NCBI GenBank assembly: GCA_001889965.1
Contig: MOEI01000012.1
Span: 1,170-65,169, forward strand
Reading direction: 5' to 3'
Length of the DNA stretch: 64,000 nucleotides
Origin: a bacterium CG10_46_32
GTDB taxonomy: Bacteria; Patescibacteriota; Patescibacteriia; UBA2169
Shown here: piece by piece, positions 1 to 9,446 of the stretch
Position numbering within the stretch: position 1 is the stretch's first letter
Layout: every line of letters begins with the position of its first letter
Notes under the pieces: generated by a model
What the model was told of the DNA's origin: nothing
Databases searched by the model: none
The model's input: only the letters and a program-made list of their open reading frames with translations
Made by a program: the position numbers and the translations under genes

Positions 1-506
1 CCAAGGGTCTGCAAAGAAGCAACAGTATTGTACTGTTCCTGATTCGCGAAAATCGCGTCAATGTATGTCCAAAACGCGTCATTGCCTCCCAGTTCTCCAG
101 CGCACTCTGCAGCTTCAGCCCGCGCTACTGCGCTTGGATGAATGGAAGTAAGTGGAAAATGGCGATACACCCAATTCACGTCATCGGGATACTCGGAAAC
201 AAGCTGCTTCACTGTAGGATGGAAGCTTGAGCAATAAGGACATTCAAGGTCCGAAAATTCAACTAGGGTAATTGGAGCATCTGGGTTGCCATACACCCAA
301 TCATCGCCGGTAACCGGCGCAAGCGAAACTTCTGGCGTTTGGACTTGAGGCGTTGTATCACCGGCAACAGCAGCGGATGTTGCCGCGCTTTTGGAACCAT
401 CATTCTTTAATACCATGCCCAAGAGCACAAAAAAACCAACTATAAAAAAAACAGCAAGCGCGGCTCCTGCTCCGGCGAGAAAACTTTGTTTAGTGGAAAG
501 TGCCAT
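1..506 (-). CDS. DsbA-like thioredoxin-fold thiol:disulfide oxidoreductase, membrane anchored (C-terminus runs off the window)
   Basis: Own translation of the minus strand from the ATG at 504-506 gives MALSTKQSFLAGAGAALAVFFIVGFFVLLG (signal anchor), then LVEFSDLECPYCSSFHP (CPYC redox motif). The frame stays open to position 1, and the ORF is missing from the track because it is truncated. Confidence 0.75.
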   Translation of the reverse strand, partial: MALSTKQSFLAGAGAALAVFFIVGFFVLLGMVLKNDGSKSAATSAAVAGDTTPQVQTPEVSLAPVTGDDWVYGNPDAPITLVEFSDLECPYCSSFHPTVKQLVSEYPDDVNWVYRHFPLTSIHPSAVARAEAAECAGELGGNDAFWTYIDAIFANQEQYNTVASLQTL

Positions 507-571
507 ACAATTATTATAATTACTGATCAAATGTGATAGTAAGATTACCAATGCCCCAGAGTGATGTCAAG

Positions 572-1114
572 CTACAAGGCGCACACCAGAGGATGCTCAA
601 TTCTCTTGGCAAGAATAGATATGGAAAAACCCAACGCACACAGGCCCAATACTCCAAACTCAATCCCGCCAAACGGCAAAAAACCCAAAAAAGAGCCAGC
701 AAGTCCAATGCCAAACACAGAAGTAAGAATAACTGATCCACATGCAGCGCACCCTACGCCAAGCAATCCAACCATCGTTCCCACAACACCAACGCCAATT
801 CTCCGGTCCATGGCAATGCGGTGTGCTACATAATACCAGAGTAGAGCGATATTGATGCCAGAGAGCGCAATAACCATACTATCTACTATAGCGCGAGCAG
901 GGGTTTCGTTCGCAAGAAAAAATCCATAGCTTTGCGCAATCAATCCCCAAAATGGCACCACGTCCGAGGAAAGCGAAAACAAAAGCAAGCTTCGGTTGGG
1001 CAACCAAGTTACCATCAAAAATAACATAATTGAAATACCTATTGCAAGGAGTAGGTATTGAGGCCTAAAAAATACTGTTTTCAGTGCAGCTATCATACGA
1101 GTAGTATACCACAA
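572..1114 (-). CDS. polytopic membrane protein with membrane-embedded CxxC (CAAC) motif
   Basis: 180-aa ORF with several hydrophobic segments and the motif GLLGVGCAACGSV. It lies directly upstream of the DsbA-like gene on the same strand. Confidence 0.6.
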   Translation of the reverse strand: MWYTTRMIAALKTVFFRPQYLLLAIGISIMLFLMVTWLPNRSLLLFSLSSDVVPFWGLIAQSYGFFLANETPARAIVDSMVIALSGINIALLWYYVAHRIAMDRRIGVGVVGTMVGLLGVGCAACGSVILTSVFGIGLAGSFLGFLPFGGIEFGVLGLCALGFSISILAKRIEHPLVCAL

Positions 1115-1232
1115 CTACATCCTCGCACGTGTGATAGACAAACGCATTGTGCTACGATGACCACATCACTCGGAGGGCGCATTGTGCTGCCCTTTTAAAA
1201 TACACAAAACTGATGAAAAACATCACCGCACC

Positions 1233-1280
1233 AAAAAACCCGTCCCGGACAACTTGTCTGGGGCGGGTTTTCTTTTTTTA
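1233..1280. terminator. bidirectional intrinsic terminator between the membrane-protein gene and rny
   Basis: GC-rich hairpin cccgtccc...ggggcggg flanked by an A-run on the left and a T-run on the right. Confidence 0.6.
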
Positions 1281-1290
1281 CTATAACGAT

Positions 1291-2814
1291 TTATCGTGCG
1301 TACTCAATCACGCGGGTCTCGCGGATCACGTTGACTTTGATCTCGCCTGGATATTTGAGTTCAGCTTCAATACGGTTCGCGATTTCGCGGGCAAGCTCAT
1401 GAGCGCGGAAATCATCCACTTTGTTCGGAGTCACGAACACACGGATTTCGCGTCCAGCTTGGATGGCGTATGCTTTCTCAATTCCGTCAAAGCTGGTTGC
1501 AATATCTTCCAATTCTCCTAAGCGTTGGAGGTACTGTTCGTAGGTATCTTTGCGTGCGCCAGGCCGTGCGCCAGAAAGCGCGTCTGCAACTTTTACAATC
1601 ACGGTCTCAAGCTGTTCAGGGTGGTCATCATGGTGCGTTAAGCAGATCTGCGCTACTTCTTCTGATAAACCAAATTTTTTGCAGATATCATACCCGATCT
1701 TTGGGTGTCCGCCTTCGATCTCGTGGTCAACTGCTTTTCCAATATCATGCAACAGTCCGCCCTTGCGCGCAAGCTCAACGTTTCCACCAAGCTCTTCGGC
1801 AAGCAGTACGGAAAGGTGCGAAATTTCAACAGAGTGGGAAAGCACGTTTTGGCCGTAGCTGGTGCGGTATTTCATTCTGCCTAAAATCTGAACAAGCTTC
1901 GGGTGCAATCCTGCAACCCCTGCGTCATAGGCAGCTTCTTCCCCAGCTTTTTTCATGTCCAAGGCAATTTCCTTTTTTGCCTGGTCCACGGTTTCTTCAA
2001 TACGGCCAGGATGGATGCGGCCATCAACCATTAAGCGCTCAAGCGCTTTTTTGGCTAAGTGCCTGCGGATCGGGCTAAAACCGGAAATCATAAGCGTAAG
2101 CGGCGTTTCATCGATAATCACCTCAACGCCGGTAAGTTGTTCTAAGGTTTTAATGTTGCGGCCTTCTTTTCCAATGATGCGGCCTTTCATTTCGTCTGAT
2201 GTCAGCGTGAGTGAAGTGGTGGTGGTCTCAACCGCATGGTTGGATGCGCACCGCTCCATTGCCAAAGAAAGCAAGTGACGCGCTTTTTCGTCCCACTCAT
2301 GAGATGCGATGTCATCAAGCTTGCGCAAGCGCGTAAGCAGATCATCCTTTGATCGAATTTCCATGTTATCAAGCAACACCTTTTTTGCAGCTTCCTGCGT
2401 GAGCCCTGCAACCTTTTCCAATTTTTCAAGCTGCTGCAGTTTGATTGTCTGGATTGATTCACGGACAGTGTCCAGTTCTTTGCTTTTTTCAGCAAGGCTG
2501 GTCTGTTTGTTTTCCAAATCCAAAAGCTTTTGGTCGAAAAGGCTTTCACGCTTTTCCAAGCGATCCTGCATGGACGAAAGCTCGCGCCTTCGCGCCTCTT
2601 CTTCGCGCTTTGCCTCTTCCATAAGAGCAAGCGCACGGTCTTTGGCATCAAGAAGCGTTTCTTTTTCTTTTGATTTTGCTTCGTGGATAATCTGCTCTGC
2701 TTTAGCTTCAGCCGAAGACACGCTCCGTGTAGCTATAAGTTTTCGCACGATATATCCCAATAAAAAACCACCTGCGGATCCCGCAATGATGGTAATTAGG
2801 ATGGTTAAATTCAT
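1291..2814 (-). CDS. rny: ribonuclease Y
   Basis: 507 aa with an N-terminal TM helix, a coiled-coil, a KH domain (GRIIGKEGRNIKTLE) and an HD domain (LLHDIGKAVDHE). Confidence 0.95.
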   Translation of the reverse strand: MNLTILITIIAGSAGGFLLGYIVRKLIATRSVSSAEAKAEQIIHEAKSKEKETLLDAKDRALALMEEAKREEEARRRELSSMQDRLEKRESLFDQKLLDLENKQTSLAEKSKELDTVRESIQTIKLQQLEKLEKVAGLTQEAAKKVLLDNMEIRSKDDLLTRLRKLDDIASHEWDEKARHLLSLAMERCASNHAVETTTTSLTLTSDEMKGRIIGKEGRNIKTLEQLTGVEVIIDETPLTLMISGFSPIRRHLAKKALERLMVDGRIHPGRIEETVDQAKKEIALDMKKAGEEAAYDAGVAGLHPKLVQILGRMKYRTSYGQNVLSHSVEISHLSVLLAEELGGNVELARKGGLLHDIGKAVDHEIEGGHPKIGYDICKKFGLSEEVAQICLTHHDDHPEQLETVIVKVADALSGARPGARKDTYEQYLQRLGELEDIATSFDGIEKAYAIQAGREIRVFVTPNKVDDFRAHELAREIANRIEAELKYPGEIKVNVIRETRVIEYAR

Positions 2815-3170
2815 ATACTATCTCTCAAATCGCAGCCTACGCGAGACAGTACAGACAAAAGATGAATTGCTAGAAATCACTAAAAATAAACGTTCACAGT
2901 ATGCGATTATATAAGCATTTTTCAGGCAAACGCCATGAACATGATTTCTATTTCTTTTAATGTTTTAGTAAAACCTAAGGGTTCTCTAATAGCAATTCTA
3001 TCCAATACTGTACAAATTTCGGTATGACTGCGTAATTAATAATTACGTACGCACAGCTTACCATAAATGATTTTTAAAGTCAAGATAGCAAAAAAGTGAC
3101 AAAAAACAAGTTCTGTGGTATACCAATAATAATTCATTGAGCCTTGTTCTTTTAAACCACGGGGGTAGAC

Positions 3171-3347
3171 ATGCAACGACTTTCCTTATGGTGGCAGTGT
3201 CTAGCGGCTTTTGCGCTACTGCTTGCTTCCCGCACCAGCGAGACAATCCACGACATCGTGCGAACAATCGGCCCAATCGCACTCACCGCGCTTTTTATTC
3301 TCGCGGTCGCCAGCGTCATTGCCAGTCGAATCAACGACCGGCAATAG
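3171..3347 (+). CDS. possible small (58 aa) two-TM membrane protein
   Basis: Own translation gives MQRLSLWWQCLAAFALLLASRTSETIHDIVRTIGPIALTALFILAVASVIASRINDRQ. A G-rich stretch lies 4 nt upstream of the ATG and a terminator follows. It is below the 60-aa cutoff of the ORF track. Confidence 0.35.
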   Translation: MQRLSLWWQCLAAFALLLASRTSETIHDIVRTIGPIALTALFILAVASVIASRINDRQ

Positions 3348-3385
3348 AGAGGAGAAAAGTGATAGGCAGGAACATACACATACAA

Positions 3386-3427
3386 AGCAGGGACGGACCA
3401 CATTGATCCGCCCCTGCTCTTTTTTTA
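3386..3427 (+). terminator. intrinsic terminator
   Basis: Hairpin agcaggg...ccctgct followed by a T-run. Confidence 0.55.
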
Positions 3428-3428
3428 T

Positions 3429-4025
3429 CTACTGTATAATCTTATCAATCAACCCGTACTCTTTTGCCTCTTGTGCGTTCATAAAAAAGTCGCGGTCCGT
3501 GTCTTTTTCGATCTGGCCAACCTCCTTGCCCGTGTGCTTGGCAAGAATCTGGTTCAAGCGCGCATGGAGCTTTAGGATGTGCTCGGCGCGGATCTTAATG
3601 TCTGATGCCTGTCCCTCGGCCCCGCCCATTACCTGGTGCAACATCACCTCGGAATTTGGAAGCGCAAGCCGCTTGCCAGGAGCCCCAGAGGCGAGCAGCG
3701 TTGCTGCCATGGATGCGGAGATACCAATGGAAATGGTTGAGACATCGGACTTTACGTACTGCATGGTATCGTAAATTGCCAAGCCTGCTGTCACCGATCC
3801 TCCCGGGGAATTAATATAAATCTTAATATCCTTTTCCTGAGACTGTGAATCTAAAAACAAAAGTTGAGCAATGATGGTGTTGGCAACATCATCATCAATC
3901 GGAGAACCCAAAAAGATAATGCGCTCCTTGAGGAGGCGTGAATAAATGTCATAGGCGCGCTCTCCCATGTGGGATTTTTCGATGACCGTTGGGATGAGAT
4001 GAAAATTGTGTGGTTCTTGTTGCAT
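3429..4025 (-). CDS. clpP: ATP-dependent Clp protease proteolytic subunit
   Basis: 198 aa with [24 protein letters not shown], the catalytic-Ser context GISASMAA and MLHQVMGG. Confidence 0.95.
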   Translation of the reverse strand: MQQEPHNFHLIPTVIEKSHMGERAYDIYSRLLKERIIFLGSPIDDDVANTIIAQLLFLDSQSQEKDIKIYINSPGGSVTAGLAIYDTMQYVKSDVSTISIGISASMAATLLASGAPGKRLALPNSEVMLHQVMGGAEGQASDIKIRAEHILKLHARLNQILAKHTGKEVGQIEKDTDRDFFMNAQEAKEYGLIDKIIQ

Positions 4026-4029
4026 AGTG

Positions 4030-4980
4030 TTACTTAATTATTTTCCAACCGTGTTCTGTTTCCGTAATATGTCCTTGTACGGTGAATCCAGCTGCTTTGG
4101 CATGGCCTCCGCCGCCCATCAGTTTAGCAACTTGGGACACATCAATCAATTCATTGGTGGTGCGCAGTGATCCTTTTACCAAACCACCTGGAAGCTCGCG
4201 CAACAGCATGGACATTTTTACATCTGCAAGATGATTGAGGAGCGATGCAACGCCCTCTGCATCATCTGGGCTGGCATTGCACTCGCTAAAATCAGAATGC
4301 TTAAGCACGGTGACGGCAATCCCCTTGTGCGTGTCCAGTCGCAGGCGCTCCAGCGCGCGGCCCCATAGCTTAAGCGATGCAATGGATTTGTTACGCATGG
4401 TTGATGCGGTGATCTCTTTAAAATTCGCGCCAAGCCGCAACAGCTCCGAGGAGGCAGACAAGGATTCGGGTGTGGTACCAAGGTTGGTGTATGCGTCCGT
4501 GTCCGTATAAATACCGCACAACAGGTTGGTTGCCATTGATTTGGTGATTGCAAATCCATCCCAGGTAAAGTATCGGTACAAAATTTCCGCAGTCGCAGAA
4601 GACGCGCGATCAATAATGTTTGCTGATCCGTATTCTGGATTACTGATATGATGGTCAACACAAAATAGCGTCCGGCCCTGCAACAGCGCGCGGTCTACGC
4701 CGGCCATGGATATATCTCCACAATCAACCAGAATAACCACAGAAGCGCTGTTCCAAAATTCGTCTGTTGGTTTTGCAATAGCGGAAGCCCCAGGCAAAAA
4801 GCGTAACATCGGTGATTCATCAACGCAGTAGGAGCGTACTGTTTTTCCCAAGGTCGCTAGATACTCCTCCAATGCCAACAGAGAGCCAAAGGCGTCTCCG
4901 TCTGGGCGTTTGTGCGTAATAAGCGCGACTGTTGCATGTGTCTCGAGCGCTTGTTTAAATTTGGAAAACTCGTTTTGCAT
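4030..4980 (-). CDS. DHH-family phosphoesterase (NrnA-like oligoribonuclease/pAp phosphatase)
   Basis: Motifs [24 protein letters not shown] and [10 protein letters not shown] (DHHA1). The start is taken at the internal ATG (MQNEFSKF) rather than the upstream alternative start. Confidence 0.85.
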   Translation of the reverse strand: MQNEFSKFKQALETHATVALITHKRPDGDAFGSLLALEEYLATLGKTVRSYCVDESPMLRFLPGASAIAKPTDEFWNSASVVILVDCGDISMAGVDRALLQGRTLFCVDHHISNPEYGSANIIDRASSATAEILYRYFTWDGFAITKSMATNLLCGIYTDTDAYTNLGTTPESLSASSELLRLGANFKEITASTMRNKSIASLKLWGRALERLRLDTHKGIAVTVLKHSDFSECNASPDDAEGVASLLNHLADVKMSMLLRELPGGLVKGSLRTTNELIDVSQVAKLMGGGGHAKAAGFTVQGHITETEHGWKIIK

Positions 4981-5019
4981 AGCCAAACACCTTACCACAG
5001 CCCACCAAACCAAGCAAGC

Positions 5020-7023
5020 TTACGAAATGATCCGTTCTTCTTCGAGGTAGCACTTCAAAATATCCCCCTCGCGGAACCCGCGCATGCCCGAAACCTTCAT
5101 GCCGCCTTCAATGCCTTCTTTTAAGGACTTCATGGTCTGCTTGTTCTGCTGGAGTTCAACAATTTTTCCTTCGTCAATGGGCTCTCCGTCGCGAAGCACG
5201 CGGAACTTTGATGCAGCGGCAATAGGAGCGGCTTTGACACGGCCTCCAATAATGGATTCGTTCTTGGAATCCTTAAATACTTTGAGTACTTCAAAATCTC
5301 CTTGTGTCACTTCCACAATCTCTGTACGAACGAACTTCTTTAAGCGAACTACTGCGTCGTCCAGAAGTTCGTAAATAATTTTAGAAAGTTTTATCTCGGA
5401 CTTGCGGTTGTAGCTTAGACGCTGAGCCTCTTGCGAGAGCCGCACGTTGAAGCCATACACCACTGCATTCTCGTCTTCTGCAAGTTGGACATCGGATTCC
5501 GTAATATTGCCCAAACCCTGCTTTAGGATAGAAATTTTCACTTGCGGCTTTTCTAGTTTTTTGAGAGATGCAATAAACGCCTCCAAAGAGCCCAATGCAT
5601 CTGCTTTTACAATCACCAAAAACTCCGGAATTTTCTCAGCCTCCTCCTCGCCCTTTTCCTCGGTTTTGGATTCCTTGGCTTTGTGCATTTCTCCGGTATC
5701 AACCAATCGATACTGCTTCACGTTTTTTTTGCGCATGGAGCGATCAATTTTTTCCACTTTCAAAATTTCACCAACCGAAGGCGTGCTCTTTAATCCCAAA
5801 ATTTTAACTGGCATAGAAGGTCCTGCTTCGGAAACATCCTCGCCTTTCCAATCCTTTAATGCTTTTACTTTTCCAAAGGTCGATCCAATCACCACTTCTT
5901 CGCCCACGCGCAAGGTTCCCTCGTGCACCAGCACTGTTGCGACGGGACCTTCGCCCGAATCCACGTGGGATTCAATAATAACGCCTTGGCCTGGCTTATG
6001 AGGATCTGCAATAAATTTTTCCAAATCAGAAACCAAAAGCACCATTTCCAAGAGCTCATGGATGCCTTCGCCCTTTTTGGCGGACACGGGAGTACAAATT
6101 ACCTTGCCGCCCCAATCCTCTGGATTGAGATTGATTTCAGTGAGTTCTTTTTTAACACGATCAATATCTGCGCCAGGCTTGTCCATTTTATTAATGGCAA
6201 CCACAAACGGCAGATTCTCTTTTTGGATCACGTTGATGGATTCAAGGGTTTGGGGTTTGAGCCCATCATCAGCAGCAACAACCAAAATAGCCACGTCAGC
6301 AACTTGGCCGCCGCGCTCGCGCATGGCTTTAAATGCTTCGTGCCCCGGCGTATCAAGAAACGTAATGAGCCGGCCTTTTTCCTCAACTTGGTAGGCGCCG
6401 ATATGCTGGGTGATGCCGCCTGATTCGCCTGCTACCACATTGGTTTTTCGGATCGCATCCAAGAGCGTGGTTTTGCCGTGGTCAACATGGCCCATGACCA
6501 CTACAACCGGAGGCCGCACAATGCCATCCACATCTTGCGAGCGCGTTGCTTTAATCTCGCGCAAGGCTTTGGAGCTTACGGCGTGCGAATCTTCGCGAAC
6601 AGCGCCATCCCCGCGAGTCGCCTTAAACCCGTAATCTTCGGCCACCACTGACGCGGTTTCAAAATCAATCTGTTCATTAAGGCTTGCCATGATGCCATTC
6701 TTCATCAAGTAGCCGATAAAGTGCGTTACCGGAGTTCCTAAATGCTGGGCAAGATCATTCACCGAAATCTTGTCTGGAATGGCTATTTCCTTGGAGAGCG
6801 ATTCCTTGTTTTCGGCTTTTTCGTGCGCCGCAACAGAACGGGCCATTTGCTCGCGCAAACGATCCTTGCGCCCGGATTCGCCCCATGCGCGCTTAATGCT
6901 CTCCGCAACCCTATTATCAATCTTAATGGCGCGCAATCCAATATCAAATCCAAGCTCAGGAAGTTTTTCCAAAAGCTCTGCTCTGGTGGTTCTGAGTTGT
7001 CGTGCCAGTTCGGTAACGTTCAT
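5020..7023 (-). CDS. infB: translation initiation factor IF-2
   Basis: G-domain motifs GHVDHGKTTLLD, DTPGH and NKMD, plus the IF-2 C-terminal domains. The start is set at MNVTELARQL. Confidence 0.95.
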   Translation of the reverse strand: MNVTELARQLRTTRAELLEKLPELGFDIGLRAIKIDNRVAESIKRAWGESGRKDRLREQMARSVAAHEKAENKESLSKEIAIPDKISVNDLAQHLGTPVTHFIGYLMKNGIMASLNEQIDFETASVVAEDYGFKATRGDGAVREDSHAVSSKALREIKATRSQDVDGIVRPPVVVVMGHVDHGKTTLLDAIRKTNVVAGESGGITQHIGAYQVEEKGRLITFLDTPGHEAFKAMRERGGQVADVAILVVAADDGLKPQTLESINVIQKENLPFVVAINKMDKPGADIDRVKKELTEINLNPEDWGGKVICTPVSAKKGEGIHELLEMVLLVSDLEKFIADPHKPGQGVIIESHVDSGEGPVATVLVHEGTLRVGEEVVIGSTFGKVKALKDWKGEDVSEAGPSMPVKILGLKSTPSVGEILKVEKIDRSMRKKNVKQYRLVDTGEMHKAKESKTEEKGEEEAEKIPEFLVIVKADALGSLEAFIASLKKLEKPQVKISILKQGLGNITESDVQLAEDENAVVYGFNVRLSQEAQRLSYNRKSEIKLSKIIYELLDDAVVRLKKFVRTEIVEVTQGDFEVLKVFKDSKNESIIGGRVKAAPIAAASKFRVLRDGEPIDEGKIVELQQNKQTMKSLKEGIEGGMKVSGMRGFREGDILKCYLEEERIIS

Positions 7024-7103
7024 GACGATTAGTCTACCGAAAATTAAGCATTTCGTCAATGTTTATATACATGCTCGTATTGTTTCAAAACCTGCTAACG
7101 ATC

Positions 7104-7838
7104 TTAGTCTTGAATAACCACCTTAATTCCGATACCGCCGTTTTCAGAATCTTTCAGTATATCAAAAAGCTCAATAACATTTTCATCAGACAGCGCCACG
7201 CACCCCTCCACCCATTCATGATACAGGGAAAATCCACCGCCATGGATGCCTACGCCGCGCAACATATTCTGACTGGGGTGCAATTGGTTGAATTGCCGAA
7301 TTTTTTTATCCGAATCCAGCGCTCCGTAATGCGCCTCAAATGAGTTAATCAGCTGGATGCCATCGGTGTATGCATCGCTATACAGCGCGCGCGCCTTTTC
7401 CATAGTGTTAAGGCGTATCCATCTGCTCCAAGGAGGATCGCTGACTTTGTCCATAGTTTCTATGTAAAAAATACCTTCCGGCGTTTGCCCATCCTCCCAT
7501 ACTTTTCTGTCTTCAAGCTCGCGACGTACGTTTACATCGTACTCTTTTACTAATTCGTTATTCCGAAACAGCTTCAGTTTGTGCTGATCTTTATATACCG
7601 CAATCAAATAGCCGCTCTCTTGCGGAAGCGGGATCACCGTCTTTGAAAAATCATCATGGTTATTTTTCTCGTAAATGGTAAGTTCGGTCGGTGTATTAAG
7701 CCAGACAGTCAGCGCGGCTTTCTTCATGGCAGGAACGATGTGAAATTTTCCCACATACGCACCGAGACCCAACAAAAACAGCAATACTATAGCAGTCAAT
7801 TTCTTGGAAAGGGATAAATTTTTTATAACATTCCTCAT
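7104..7838 (-). CDS. L,D-transpeptidase family protein (YkuD/YafK-like) with N-terminal anchor
   Basis: Catalytic motif GVGIHGGG...EGCVAL and an N-terminal hydrophobic helix. Confidence 0.8.
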   Translation of the reverse strand: MRNVIKNLSLSKKLTAIVLLFLLGLGAYVGKFHIVPAMKKAALTVWLNTPTELTIYEKNNHDDFSKTVIPLPQESGYLIAVYKDQHKLKLFRNNELVKEYDVNVRRELEDRKVWEDGQTPEGIFYIETMDKVSDPPWSRWIRLNTMEKARALYSDAYTDGIQLINSFEAHYGALDSDKKIRQFNQLHPSQNMLRGVGIHGGGFSLYHEWVEGCVALSDENVIELFDILKDSENGGIGIKVVIQD

Positions 7839-7885
7839 ATATTCCTATGTTGACAGACACAATATGCGTAGTATACCATAGGCAC

Positions 7886-8383
7886 CTATGCAACACTCAC
7901 CACGCGATATAGTGTTTCGCCTTTTTTGGTTTTGACAATTGCATCATCTCCGGCTACTTTGCCAATGAGAGCCATACCAATAGGTGACTGGTGCGAAATA
8001 ATCCCGGCCTCGGGTTTTGTTTCGGATGATCCTAATATGCGGAACGTCTTCTGCTGCCCGTTTACTTCCACCACAACCGCGCTTCCCATACGCACCATGC
8101 CACCAAACGAACCCGGCGCAATAATGGAAGCTTTGTTTAAGTGCGATTCAATTTCCAACATGCGTTGATTTAACCCGCGCAGTTTTCCTTTGGCAATCTG
8201 GTATTCCGCGTTCTCGGAAAAATCCCCGTTCTCCGCCAAGCGCGCCACTTCCTTTGCAAGTGCTGGCCGAGATTTTTTCATGCGGGAAAGTTGCGCCGAG
8301 AGCGCATCAAACTTCTCCTGTGTCATGTTTGGATCAACCGCCAGGTAGGTATATTTTTCTGATTTTCGGATTGGTACTCTCAT
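7886..8383 (-). CDS. greA: transcription elongation factor GreA
   Basis: Coiled-coil N-terminal domain with GDFSENAEY and a C-terminal FKBP-like domain (ISHQSPIGMALIGK). Confidence 0.95.
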   Translation of the reverse strand: MRVPIRKSEKYTYLAVDPNMTQEKFDALSAQLSRMKKSRPALAKEVARLAENGDFSENAEYQIAKGKLRGLNQRMLEIESHLNKASIIAPGSFGGMVRMGSAVVVEVNGQQKTFRILGSSETKPEAGIISHQSPIGMALIGKVAGDDAIVKTKKGETLYRVVSVA

Positions 8384-8622
8384 AATTGTATCAATGCAAG
8401 TTTTTCTTTTCTTGGTAACGCCTTAATCCTATACTCTTCTTTTAACGCCGTCGAGCGGGTGCGGAATTTTCGCGAATACACAAGCTTCACGGGCCGCCTG
8501 GCACGAGTATACTTTGCGCCGAGCTTACTGTTATTGTGTTCGGCAATGCGCTTTGCCAAATCAACGGCAATGCCGGTATAGAGTGTCTTGTCCGCGCACT
8601 TGAGGATATAGAGATGGTACAT
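8380..8622 (-). CDS. GIY-YIG nuclease family protein
   Basis: MYHLYILKCADKTLYTGIAVDLAKRIAEHN. There is a 4-nt ATGA overlap with the greA start. Confidence 0.85.
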   Translation of the reverse strand: MYHLYILKCADKTLYTGIAVDLAKRIAEHNNSKLGAKYTRARRPVKLVYSRKFRTRSTALKEEYRIKALPRKEKLALIQL

Positions 8623-8628
8623 ACCACG

Positions 8629-8790
8629 TCATTCTGAACTTGTTTCAGAATCTGCTTTTGCCTTGTTTGGCTCCTCCAGCTCATCACCTTTAATATGAAA
8701 CTCCTGCATCAAATCCAGCACGGCATCAGCAGTGTCGTGATCAATGTGCTTTGCGTCTTTGGGCTCTTCTTTTTCTTTGTCGTCTTGCAT
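8629..8790 (-). CDS. possible small acidic protein (53 aa)
   Basis: Own translation gives MQDDKEKEEPKDAKHIDHDTADAVLDLMQEFHIKGDELEEPNKAKADSETSSE. There is no recognisable family and its 3' end overlaps a hairpin repeat. Confidence 0.25.
   Translation of the reverse strand: MQDDKEKEEPKDAKHIDHDTADAVLDLMQEFHIKGDELEEPNKAKADSETSSE
8631..8651. repeat. 8-bp-stem hairpin ATTCTGAA-cttgt-TTCAGAAT (family copy 1)
   Basis: Perfect inverted repeat. A second copy at 38701-38721 has compensatory changes. Confidence 0.6.
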
Positions 8791-8931
8791 AGGTATATGA
8801 TTATTTAAATTGCACGAGGGAAAACGGTGTCAGGAATCATTTTTTTCGGGAATATGCTCCCCTGTGGGGGAGTATCATATAGTTTGTTTAATATTATTTT
8901 GAGCATACCAAAAAAGCCTCAAAATAGCGAG

Positions 8932-8963
8932 TTTCAATGGCTCAACCCCCTGAGCCGTTGAAT
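8932..8963. repeat. islet-boundary hairpin, left copy (degenerate)
   Basis: tttcaatggctca-accccc-tgagccgttgaat, with two stem mismatches relative to the right copy. Confidence 0.6.
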
Positions 8964-9080
8964 TACTTTAATCGATACTTCACAAACCTCCCCCTCTTCC
9001 TCAAGCTCACTAAGATATCTTGTTGCAGTTGCATCAAAAACTTTAATCAGTTTTTCTATGTTATTGTTTGCGGCTGGCAT
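8934..9080 (-). pseudogene. winged-helix DNA-binding domain fragment (48 codons)
   Basis: MPAANNNIEKLIKVFDATATRYLSELEEEGEVCEVS. This is paralogous to the fragment at 10410-10670, and the two share an identical 20-mer at 8974-8993 and 10504-10523. Confidence 0.35.
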
Positions 9081-9087
9081 ATTGTTT

Positions 9088-9446
9088 TTATTTTAACAAA
9101 TCAAAATGTTTCCGTAAATATTCTTTAATCTTATCTAAAGTAAAAGTGTCTATAATACCAATCCTATTAACCAGCCTAGAATAATCAAATGATATAATAT
9201 CATAAACTTTTACTACTGAATCATACATAAGCCTGTTTTGAGATGTTTTTTTTATAACAATATCATCTGCTAGCTTACTATTTAAATTACTTGTCAAAGG
9301 CAACACAGTAATCAAGTTGGATTTTTTAATGTGTATATTTGATTGAACAACTAAAGCAGGGCGGACACCTTGAAACTCAGCCCAACTGATGGATCAAATT
9401 TTACTAGCCAAATCTCTCCATTTTGCACACTCTTCCCTGTATTCAT
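9088..9446 (-). pseudogene. mazF: mazF/pemK-family toxin gene interrupted by a -1 frameshift
   Basis: The N-terminus MNTGKSVQNGEIWLVKFDPSVG is in one frame. The remainder (AEFQGVRPALVVQSN...ITVLPLTSN...) is in another. The two frames meet at a G3 run (plus-strand ccc at 9381-9383), and one extra G would restore the ORF. Confidence 0.7.

Noticed and set aside
5084-7117. Many 60-200-aa ORFs antisense to or overlapping long housekeeping genes (inside infB, rny, polA, ftsK, recA, argS and others)
   Set aside because: They lie entirely within well-supported genes on the opposite strand or in another frame, have low-complexity translations, and have no independent signals.
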